DNA of 64,000 bases from Penicillus capitatus. Lineage: Eukaryota; Plantae; Chlorophyta. The translations under genes and the position numbers were made by a program. Below the pieces are notes generated by a model, which was given only the letters and a program-made list of their open reading frames with translations, searched no databases and was not told where the DNA came from. The DNA is taken from contig OZ287694.1 of NCBI GenBank assembly GCA_965649825.1, positions 371,197-435,196 on the forward strand, given 5' to 3'. This document shows positions 37,603-47,355 of this stretch, one piece after another (the stretch's first letter is position 1; every line of letters starts with the position of its first letter).

Positions 37603-38463
37603 TTACGACGTTGACGTCGCACCTTCGGATTTGTGACGTTCCGATTCAGGTAGATGCGTCATCAAGGACCCCGTGAAATAAGAAGAACGCGGAAACCACA
37701 CTGCACATCGTTTCTGCCACTGATCTGCCACTTCTGGCGCGGCAAACACAGGTCTTAGCAGTATCTGATGCACTTTTTCGCAATCCTTGAGCGAGGGTCT
37801 TTGTTTTTCGATCTCTTCAGATTTGAGGAAGGATTCCGCGTGGGCTGCTCTGTGCTCAGGATCCAGGATCATTAGCATCTCGATGCCGACAATCTTGTGG
37901 ATGATGCTCGAAGCGGACTCCTGCTCCATGTAATCCTGATTGTACTGGTAGACGGTGCGTCCATGCAACAAGGCATCGATGCCTTCTTTCAATACCTCCC
38001 CCCGGAGGGGAGACATCTTCCACTTCTGTCTTCTCTCGCATTTCGGCCACTGCGCACAACGACAGTCCACGAAGCAGCAGAAAGGGATAGATGTATTACC
38101 TGATTTGCAAAGACGGACAGTCATGGCGTGTACGGTGGGATGTGCCCTTCCTGCAATGTTCATGATCCTTTGGACGCAGGAAAGGACCAACAGCATCCTC
38201 CCTTTCCGAAAATAGACTTCAAATCCGAGCTTTTGCGAATCGCGCTTGTCTGCATTGTAGCTCCGCAGCATTGTTACGAATTTGGTCGCCTCTTCTAACG
38301 GCATCTTGGTCGTCGCCAGTTCCACGCCATCAGGAACCGGATCTGCCTTTGCTGGCCTAAATGCGAATCCCTTTGTGTCGGCCAGGCGCGCCGAGGCGCC
38401 GCAGCGGAAGATGGATGGCGCGGGCTCGGCCCGAGAGCGGAGGCGGGCGCGCAGCGCGTCCAC
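37603..38463 (-). CDS. 286-aa ORF of unknown function; 5' end abuts the LINE
   Basis: Long ORF with globular-looking composition and a possible in-frame intron near 38030-38095. No motif recognised. Confidence 0.35.
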   Translation of the reverse strand: MDALRARLRSRAEPAPSIFRCGASARLADTKGFAFRPAKADPVPDGVELATTKMPLEEATKFVTMLRSYNADKRDSQKLGFEVYFRKGRMLLVLSCVQRIMNIAGRAHPTVHAMTVRLCKSGNTSIPFCCFVDCRCAQWPKCERRQKWKMSPLRGEVLKEGIDALLHGRTVYQYNQDYMEQESASSIIHKIVGIEMLMILDPEHRAAHAESFLKSEEIEKQRPSLKDCEKVHQILLRPVFAAPEVADQWQKRCAVWFPRSSYFTGSLMTHLPESERHKSEGATSTS

Positions 38464-38536
38464 GCGACAGGACCACTGCGAAACGGAATCATTAAACGTG
38501 TCATGCGCCCATTTGTAGGGCGGCAGATATTACGTC

Positions 38537-40633
38537 ATGTCTGACCGAATACCCCATTCGCCCACACATCTGCAATCCGCTATTCGAGCCCGCAAAAGAG
38601 AAACGTGGCGGGAGTTCTTGGTCGATCACAGCGGGAGCACCAAGGACCTCTGGGCAACGTATAAAAGACTTACGAAGCCAACCAGAGTGGACAAGCTCAC
38701 CTTTCTAACCACTGAGTCTGGAAACACAGTGGAGGAACCTTCCAAGATCAGTGACCTTCTCTTCCAGAAGTTCTTCCAGTCGAACCCAAACATTGAACCG
38801 AGGAGAAATTATGTACTGGACGCGCCGCCCTTGTTCCCTCGAGGGCAACAACTAAAACACAGGTCTGCGGTGCTCTACCTAGGAATCTGGATTGACGAAA
38901 CTTTGTCTTGGAGCCCTCAGGTTCACAGCGCAGCGGGCAAAGTCCGCACGCGATAGGAGTGGATCAGACGAATGACTGGACCGACCTGGGGCATGCTCCC
39001 GGAAGCGGTCGGGAAACTCGTCAGCCGAGTGCTCGAACCTGCTGCCTATTACGGAGCAGAAGTGTGGCAAGCTGTGGCATACAACGAAAGGAAGCTGGCC
39101 CCCTTGAGAAAGTCATGCGACAAGCCTGTCTGCTTTTGTCAGGCTCATTCAGAACTCCTTCATACCCCTCGGCCTACACGCTTGCCGGGGTCCCCCCAAC
39201 ACAACAGATCGTCCAACAAGCACTCTATTTTGATTCAAGACGAAGACACCGCGAAGAAGCAGGCTCGCTGTTCCGCTTATTCCGAGCAGGGCGCTCGGCG
39301 GGCCAATGCTACCGCAGAATTGCTTGGTCCCGCCTTCAAAGATCGATGCCTATGAGGCCGCTGGAATGCAACCCGCAGAGCTCACGACCATGGAGTCCGG
39401 TCCCTCCTCACTTGCTCGATCGTCTCACAGGCACAGCAGCGGTCCCAGAAACGGAACGGCCAGATTGGATCTTGATTGTAACGACGCACAAGGACCACGC
39501 TCGTAGGCGTATCGGTACAGGGTAAGGCTTGTTCCAAAAAGACCGGTCAGTTGGGGAAAACCGGTGGGACCCCGACCGGGCATCCGAAGAACTTTCGGTC
39601 CTGCTAGGGATACAAAAGGGACTATCCAAGCTAAGAGAACTAACCTGCCAAGCTGAGAATGACAGGAAACAAAGCCTTGGCATAGCGGTGGACTCGAAAA
39701 AGAGACAGGCTGCAGCGCTGCGATGGACAAACGTACCTGTTGGAAATGTAGCATCCTATCCACTGTTCGTAGCCGTCTGAAGCGGTTCGTTTCATGGTAA
39801 CCACCTTTGGCGCGCTGTCCATCAGATGCGACGGGTGCTAGCCTCCGAACCGAATTCTTCATAACAGTCGGGCGATGGTTTTCGAACATGCCCTGAAGTT
39901 CGCGACTGATAGCTGTTGGGGTTAGGAAAGCCACAACCATCGTGGGTATTTAAAGACCGACAATCCTCTTGTAATTATCCTGAGTTCTTGGTGCTATCTC
40001 TGAGTATTCATTATCACCGTCGTCACGTTGTTTCGACTCGTGTTTGTTTCTCGTTGTGCAGAAGATTCCCAACAGTACCTAACCTCAGTGTTGAGATACA
40101 GAAGACTCTGTTACTCTGGTCTCTTGACGGGCACAGCACCTTTTGGACGACCTCGGATTGGTGTCCGGGACTCAGTCCCTTCATGTCGGTGCTGAAGAGG
40201 GCAAAATCCGCGACCGAATCAAAGGTCTGGGATGCTAAAGGTATGCCTCCGGACAGAGCATGGTTCAAGCGAAGAATAGCTCAGTACCTCAACGATATGG
40301 CTCGGCGAGAGATCCAACAAAGAGAGGCCAGTCAACACCTGACAGCATACTTATTAGAGTTCAAACGCGGCCAGTTCCCTGGAAAGTATTTACATAGAGC
40401 CCCAGCCTCCAGACTCTCTCAGTTTGCGGCCAGCCACTTTCCCTGCAGACAATACCTGAAGCGATTTGGAATATCAGACGACCCAGTGAGTTGCGACTGC
40501 GGCCACTCATGCGAAGATCGTGACCATTTACTGCTCGACTGTCCAAGGTTCTCGTTGGCCACGCGACATTTGGTCAACCGATTAGAGGCCCCCTCACAGT
40601 TGCCAGAATCTTTGACAATGCGGAAGAGATCTC
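38537..40633 (+). mobile_element. Degenerate non-LTR retrotransposon ORF2 (I/Tad1/R1-like, with RNase H and terminal CCHC); RT core deleted
   Basis: Pre-RT linker (AIRARKRETWREF...KDLWATYKRL...DLLFQKFF) joins directly to post-RT LYLGIWIDETLSW...WG...VLEPAAYYGAEVW. RNase H-like remnants follow (GTG*GLF, EELSVLLGIQKGL, IAVDSK), then CDCGHSCEDRDHLLLDCPRF. Stops and frameshifts are present. Confidence 0.85.
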
Positions 40634-40993
40634 GGAATTCGTCGAAGCTATAGCGGAGCAGTGGTCCTCGGATGATCGCAAGTGGAAACGAGACACGGGT
40701 CCAAGGGAAGGGAGGCGAAACTTCCCCGACGCTGGACGGCCCTAATCGCTTCATCTTGGAACGCAGGGACCGGAACGCAGAGAGCATGTCTAAAGAAACT
40801 AGGTCTTCAAGCACCCAAGATGCATTAGGGAAGTCGCAGTTCCGATCGTACCGCAGTCTCTGCCCAACCTTCCTTTCTTTACTGTGATGATTCGATCTGT
40901 CACCTAAAGTTTGACGCCTAGAACTCTGTCTCTGTTACCTATAAACACATGCACTCCTGATCATTTCGAAAAGGAGTTGTAGAAGCAACCAGA

Positions 40994-41260
40994 CTAGAAA
41001 AATGTCTTCCTCCACACAAGGGACATAGATGCTTCGGTTTTTTTCGGTTTGAGCGGGCAATCAGCTTGGAAATGATTGGGAGACCCGCACCACCAACAAA
41101 CCATCCGTTTTTGTCCCGTGGGCGAGCTGTCTACAGCCGACGTACTCGGCATCGCCCCGTCGCGACTGGCACTCCCGGCTGTCGCCTTCGTCGACTCCGT
41201 CTCAGCGATCCGCGCTTCGAGCCGGCGCACCTGCTCTGTCAGGCGCCTCGTCTCAGTTGT
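40994..41260 (-). mobile_element. Gag/ORF1-like C-terminus with coiled coil and CCHC zinc knuckle
   Basis: RRLTEQVRRLEARIAE...CWWCGSPNHFQADC (CX2CX4HX4C). Confidence 0.7.
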
Positions 41261-42091
41261 GGGCGGTGCGAGAAACGACGGAATCCGCAACCAAATGTGC
41301 CTAAACAATGAACGACTGGAAGGCGTGAGAGCTGTGTCGCTATCGCCGAGGCCACAGAATACGGAGACGCCAGACGAAGCAAACTCCATGCGACTACGTT
41401 CATCGCCGCACAACACCGCTACCAGAACCACCGTCTCCACCTCGCGGAGGCTTTGGACGAGGTCAACAGCTGCGGCGACAAAACCCTCCGTGAAGACGAG
41501 CGGTGACCAGAAGAGTCGGCCAAATTGACTGAAGACGAAGACGGTCAACTCTCCGGCTTTCTCGAGGACGTCTGTCGCGCAGACGAACGCGCCGTCACAA
41601 GCTTCGCGATGCTCGTCCGGCTCGGGCACCAACACTGGCGGTGGCTTGGCTCTAAAGAAAAGTGATCAAAGCCACGACCACCAGGATTTGTGCTGGGGTT
41701 GAGATGCCGACGCAGAAGACGACGATTCATCTGTGCTCGTGGATGTAGCTTCGTTCGGTGATGTTTCCGCCCCAGAACGAGTCTGGATGGCGACGGTGCC
41801 ATGCACAAGCAGCAGCGGAAGAACGCCTAACGACGCTCCGAAACCAAACTGTCGTGTGCGCTGCGCGGTGGGCCGGGCGCCGTCTGCATGCGAATCCGAG
41901 GCATCGGAAAACGACGAACGAACGCGGATTAAAAGTTAATAACAATTTCGTGATTGTCAATTTCAGTTTCCTTGCTCACAGGTCATGATCAATCCATCAC
42001 CTGTCAAGCATGCCACGGCTGCCATACTCACGTTCTTTGGTGTAGTCGTCTATGGTCAACAATTCATTTTCGAATGACACGCTTACCGCGT

Positions 42092-43329
42092 CTAGCGCAG
42101 TGTTCTGCAAGTAAACATCACATAAGGAGAAAAGTTTTCATGATGTACCCGTGCTCGTTCTGTATTGAAGTGGACGTATCCGTAGTTCGCCAACCTGGTT
42201 TTCCTGCCGCGTAGACGGGGGACTTCTACCTCTGCGACTGCGCCAAACTGCGCGAATGTTTCACTAAGTGCATTCGTCAAAGCTTCTTTCTCTGTTCTCA
42301 TTCGTGATCGAAGTCCCCTGATGCGAACGGAATAACGGGTCTCTAAACATAGAAGAACATCTTCCCTTACAGATAACGATGAGTGGGTGACCAACTTGTT
42401 CTTCGAGTTACAGGCTCATCATCGGCCGCCGAAAGGCGCACTTGACTGCCGTAGATTTTCACCGCCTCCTTTGCCACAGCTTTATCTGCCTCATCTTGGG
42501 TGTGAAAAAATACATGCCCTTCTGTGCGATTTTTGCCTCTTCCGTCACGAACTTCAGAACAAACAATTGTCACTGACAATAGAATCGATAGAGTCTTCAT
42601 ACGCTGCATGAGACGGTCCACTTCTCCGCAGTCGGCAAGGGCATGGGTGAGACGGATTTTGTTCATTCGGGTAACAAGTTCGTAAACAGTCGAATCCGTC
42701 GGAAGGTTGTGCACCCGTACTCTGTATTCGGCGCGACCACGGAGTCAGGACGCTTCGGCGCGACCAAGGCCTCGGGACGCTTCGGCGCGGTCACGGCCTA
42801 GCGATCGCGATCGCGATCGCGACCGCGTGACGGGGCCCGTCGTCTCTTGCGGCTCCTGCGTCGTCGTCGGCACCAAGCGCGATCGCGACCGCGTAACGGG
42901 GCCCGTCGTCGTCGGCGGCTCCTGCGTCGTCGGCGGCGTCATCTCTTGTGGCTCCTGCGTCGTCGTTGCCGCCAAGCGCGTTTGCGACCGAGTGACGGGG
43001 CCCGTCGTCCTCGGCGGTTGTTTGTCTCCGCCGCCCCGAAGCCCGAGATCGCCCACGTAGATGAACTTCTGCATAACGTGGGACCGATCCGCCAGGATGT
43101 GAATCCGACGGCTCAGTGCGCTACAAGGCAGGCGGGCCAGGTCTCGCATCGCTTCTGCCGGATCGCGGAAACCCTTGCAGCAAAGCGGAACAGTCGTATC
43201 CCGAGAGAACGGACCCATTCGCTCGCGGATGCGCCCCGAGAAGCTCTTTCCTTCTCGAACGATCTCCACGAGGCCATGTCCTTCGACCTCGACCTCGCAG
43301 ATCTTCTCGGAGTCACGCGTTTCGTTCAT
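42092..43329 (-). pseudogene. Degenerate protein with three RRM-like domains and a T/E/P- and RS-rich linker (LINE ORF1-like or SR/hnRNP-like)
   Basis: RNP-like motifs ICEVEVEG...FRDPAEA, RVRVHNLP...GHVFF, and SVRIRGL...FAQFGAVAEVEV...YGYVHF, plus RSRSRSRS. There is a TGA at 42745-47 and a frameshift near 42380. Confidence 0.65.
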
Positions 43330-43356
43330 CTCTATGGACCTCGAGGATAGGACATG

Positions 43357-45228
43357 CTAGAGTCTGAAGGAGCGGCTCCGGGAACGTGATGCGACTGGGA
43401 TCGTCAGGCGCTGGGACGTCAGGTTGCTCTTGATACCAAAGCTCGATAGAAACAGCAGCAGCACGAGGGAGAGGCCATACATCAGGACGTTCACGTGCAG
43501 ACTGCGACACTGTGCAACGACGCATCCGCCGTACAGTGCCTTGTTGTCGGCAGCGTCTGTTTCGGCCAGCTTCGCCGTCGAATTGCCCGAGCACATGAAT
43601 CCACCGCCCTTCTCTGCGCTGTTGTCCGTCGCATTGGTGCGATCAGGCGTCACTCTCGAATTCGGTGCATGGACGAATCCGTTGCAGTCGTCTGCGGTGT
43701 TCTTCGGTGCTTTCGTGTGTCTGAACTCCGACTCTGAGCTATCCACGTGGACACAGCCACCCTTGTCAAATGCGACATTGTCCTCGAACACGGAGCCGGA
43801 CACGGAAATCTTCGACTCGTAGCCGTAGATCACGGGTCCTCTGAAGCCTTCATTTGCACCGAACGTGCAGTTCTCTATTTGGACAGACGACCTCACTGAA
43901 TGAACACAGTTACTCTTCATTCTTTCGTCGACTCGCGTGATTAAAGCATTCCTCCTGAACGATGCATTCGAAAGTGAAATGTGGCCTTCTTCGATTCGAG
44001 TGATCGTCAGGTTGTTTTCGGATGCGGCGAATCCATGGATCGTGGTTCTCGATGAGTTGTGCCCGTAGAACAGGGAAGACTGCTGCCCATCGGCCTCGGC
44101 GACTCTGTTCCCGGATGCGGTGCAATCTTCCGGTCGGTCTCTCTGTGCGAGGTGAACTCCACGGGCTTCGCCCGAGCAGACGTTGTCCGAGATCTCCACT
44201 TCGACCATCTCTAGTTCTGAGCAGGATGGAGAAGACATCCGGAGTGCCGACGCCGCAGTAAGGTCGTTGTGACGAAACGTGAAGCGGTGCAGAGCCACGA
44301 GACCGGCGACAGCTTCTGTGCGGCATGCCGCACCTTCGATGAGTGATCGGGCTTTATGTGCGCCGTCGAATGCGCACTCTTCGATGACAAGATCGACGAA
44401 GGTAACACTTCTGGACCTACGGGAGAAAAGGTAATTGTCGTCTCACTCGAGCTGTCTGTCTTACTGAATGAAAAAGAGTCCCGTGTTCTTATGAGGACAT
44501 GTGAATCTTGTCTTTGTGGTTGAACTTTGGGAGACGGCGTCTTTGGAGTCGACGCCGCTGACTTGGGTGGTGAGGGTCAGTTGCCATGGAATGGTGAAAG
44601 GCGACGATGGACGCACGACGCCTGTCACGTTGAACGCGAGTACATCGCCTTGCTTCGTGCAGTCGACAGGCATCTGCAGGTCGTTGTCAATTTGTTCAAG
44701 GACATCGTCGTCGACGAGCCATGTTCGGCCGTCCATTGTGGTACATCTTTCCTTGTCCTCTCGCATCAAGGCACATGCGAACCCTGACAAGTTTAATCGT
44801 CGTCAGAATTCAGCGTTCTGTGCGATGGACAGGAAAAGCCGAACCTGTAGCGATTCCTCGGTCGGATGAGTTGGAAAGTGGTGGAGTGCGCTCCCCGTTT
44901 GCCGTCTACAGAAAAAGATGGAATAGTTAATGCCCTCTCAGTCGAATGGCGGCAGGAGAATGATTGACTAACGTCTTGTGAATGGTTTGTGGTGAAGTCG
45001 GCTGGCGTTTCAGACGGTGTGGTAGGCAGTTCGTCGTCCATGTAGCCTAGACGCAACACAGCACCCGCTGGAGAGATGCGACGCAGTCGGTGGAGGAGAA
45101 CCGTCGACTGCAGAAGCTGCGTCTGGTGGACGCAGCGACGCGCTTTGAACAGCGCAAGTCTGTCTGCTCTGCTGCGCGAGCGCGCAGCAGAGCAGACGGA
45201 GCTTGAAACGGAGAAGAAAGCTTCGCAT
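43357..45228 (-). CDS. Receptor gene D: gene-C-like N-terminus fused in frame to a single TM helix, then a stop (internally deleted chimera or pseudogene)
   Basis: ATG 45228 with exons homologous to gene C. The beta-helix ends at KALYGGCVVAQCRSLHV and continues NVLMYGLSLVLLLFLSSFGIKSNLT, resembling TM1 of gene B (SIVYVVLSILTVMALSSFAIKSSL). The Cys-rich block is absent. Confidence 0.65.
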
Positions 45229-46012
45229 CTCGTGGACGTAGACTGCAGAACGAAACGTTGCAGAATGCGTCGTCCGAACTAACGCGGTCATTATCAAGTG
45301 ATCGAGACAGCGGCTGAAAAGACAGGCATTGATGGGGGTACACCAACGGTTCTGGCCCCGCGGACCGGACACGCTGTCCGCTTCCTGATGGGACGGCGGT
45401 CCGCGGGTGCCGACGGGTATAAAGCTGACGTCACGCCCTGCCTGTAGCATTTGCATTTGCTCAGGTTCGTCCCTCCGCTTCGCCGTGGCGCGTGCGCGCG
45501 ACGCGGTGCGTCTTTCGTTTGGCATCCTCGTCAGGCATCATGCCTTGAATTGTCTCCGCAGTGCAACGAATCCTACATGGTACAAGATGCGCTCGTTGGA
45601 CGGAGAGACGCTGCCAACCAGGTAGGTACGCGGGCGACATATTTTGAAGAATATCTGCTATTGCTATTGACTAAACGAAGGTACTGTCTTCAACAGGCAA
45701 ACATTCAGCACTGCCGATGCGGGAGTGTCCAGTGAGGCAGAAGGGATGACCTCATTTCGGAGACTCCTTCCTCCGCGTCCTCGAACCGGCGGAGAACGTA
45801 TCCGGTAAAGATGTGTGACGTTCTCGGTCACACTTTTGGCGTCTGGAATCGCAGTCCGATTCGAGAATCTCGACGTAGCGCGGGATCGTGTCCTGCGGCT
45901 TCCCCATGGCTTCCCCCGCCCCTCACACATCCAGACAACCCTCACTCTCTGCGACCTCCGAATTCAGGTCGCGACGCTGACGGACCAGAAGATGTCGTGG
46001 ATGCAGATCGTC
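44653..46012 (-). repeat. Inverted segmental duplicate, copy 1 (Cdc45-like 3' part, receptor promoter, 5' exons)
   Basis: Near-identical reverse complement of 58900-59232 plus 60339-61160, apart from the two different LTR insertions. Confidence 0.92.
45330..45533 (+). mobile_element. Solo LTR (204 bp) with 5-bp TSD GGCAT in the promoter region of gene D
   Basis: Termini TGATGGGG...CCTCGTCA. GGCAT lies at 45325-29 and 45534-38. The empty site is present in the sister duplicate near 60480. It has an internal TATA-like GGGTATAAAG and is homologous to 60133-60338. Confidence 0.9.
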
Positions 46013-46370
46013 GTCGTCCATGTAGCCTAGACGCAACACAGCACCCGCTGGAGAGATGCGACGCAGTCGGTGGAGGAGAACCGTCGACTGCAGAAGCTGC
46101 GTCTGGTGGACGCAGCGACGCGCTTTGAACAGCGCAAGTCTGTCTGCTCTCCTGCGCGAGCGCGCAGCAGAGCAGACAGAGCAGACAGAGCTTGAAACGG
46201 AGAAGTAAGCTTCGCATCTTGTGGACGTAGACTGCAGAACGAAACGTTGCAGAATGATCCGTTTCGTTTTCAGGACCATCAAGGGATGATTGCCTCATCG
46301 ATCGAACAGACAGGTACATCCTGTTCTCTCGACGGACGTGGCGCGACACGGATGGACTTATGTAAACGCT
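46012..46370 (-). pseudogene. Extra truncated receptor promoter and exon 1 (ATG 46217)
   Basis: MRSLLLRFKLCLLCLLCCALAQESRQTCAVQSAS... Upstream sequence resembles the gene C promoter (GAGAACAGGA...GAGGCAATCA...GAAACGGATCATTCTGCAACG). It is cut at the YMDD exon, where it joins the duplicate. Confidence 0.8.
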
Positions 46371-46412
46371 GGCGTCAGTGGTCCAGGTGCGTCACTCATT
46401 GGTTTCAGACTG

Positions 46413-46910
46413 TCAGAATACATGCGCGACGTTATAGAAGATAATCCAGAAGAGGCGGAAGGATAGAGTGCCGCTAGATTTGAAGACCGTCGATGTGAGT
46501 GGCACCTTCCATGCACCGTAGTACTTACGAAGACGGGATTCCGTGTTCGTCACGACCATTCCCGAATCCTATACATCACACTTGTCACACATTTGCCACA
46601 CCCAGGGCGGCGTTCTGTCAAGCACCAGTCCATGGAGGAAGAGCACATACATCAGGAATCCCTTCCATCCTGTGATCCCGAGCAATCCCGCCACGACGCC
46701 CGCCACGACGCCCGCCACCACAGACGCCACTGTCCGTCTGCCGTCACATCGATGCTCGAAGGTGTTGCGAGGCCGTCGAGTGGAAGGATACGTGAAGTGC
46801 AGGACGGAGAGGTTGTGTTTGAAGCTGGGAATAGAGGGGAGCTCTTTGTTCTTGAGTCCCGTCACGATGGCGCTCTGCCGTTTCTCTTCGCGTCCTGCTT
46901 TTCGTTCCAT
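46413..46910 (-). CDS. EMC6: ER membrane protein complex subunit 6-like
   Basis: KHNLSVLHF..RTVASVVAGVVAGVVAGLLGITGWKGFLMY...LFWIIFYNVAHVF* matches the EMC6 pattern. It has short introns and a 12-bp internal duplication. Confidence 0.75.
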
Positions 46911-46950
46911 CACTGGCGATACTGTACGACGCTCGACTGTCCCGCGGGCC

Positions 46951-47355
46951 ATGAAACGTCTACGACAGAACTTTAACTACGCCGGCATTCGTGTCTACCT
47001 GGACCTCCTGACGGTCCCTCTGCCGCGTCGAGATGCAGGCAGTCCTGTCGGATGCGTTTCTAGGGCAGCGGCAACACGGCACTGCCGCATCGGACGGTCC
47101 CGAAGCTCGGTGCCGTGAACTGGAGGGCCTTGAAGACGGCGGGAATCAGAGGTCACACTTTCTCACACTTTTCACTTGCGATGGTGTTGCTCCGTAGGAT
47201 GCGTGTTCGACAAGGATAGCACATTGACGAGGCCGATTCAGCAAGAACTGGACAAGGAGACAGCACCAGGCTTGATCGCCTGCAAAGAGGCGTTCGGCGA
47301 TGCCATCGTCCTCTTCAGCAACTCCGCCGGTCTCGAACAGTGCGATCCCCGATAG
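46951..47355 (+). pseudogene. 5' half of a PGP phosphatase (GEP4/PGPP1/YqeG-like HAD) gene, truncated
   Basis: RQNFNYAGI..., VNWRALKTAGIRG|CVFDKDSTLT...CKEAFGDAIVLFSNSAGLEQCDP matches the DKDNT and SNSAG motifs. It ends abruptly at about 47350. Confidence 0.8.

Noticed and set aside
37800-37830. Minus-strand CTGAAGA-GATC-GAAA as a minimal hammerhead
   Set aside because: No stem I or stem III pairing, and it lies within a coding frame (KSEEIEK).
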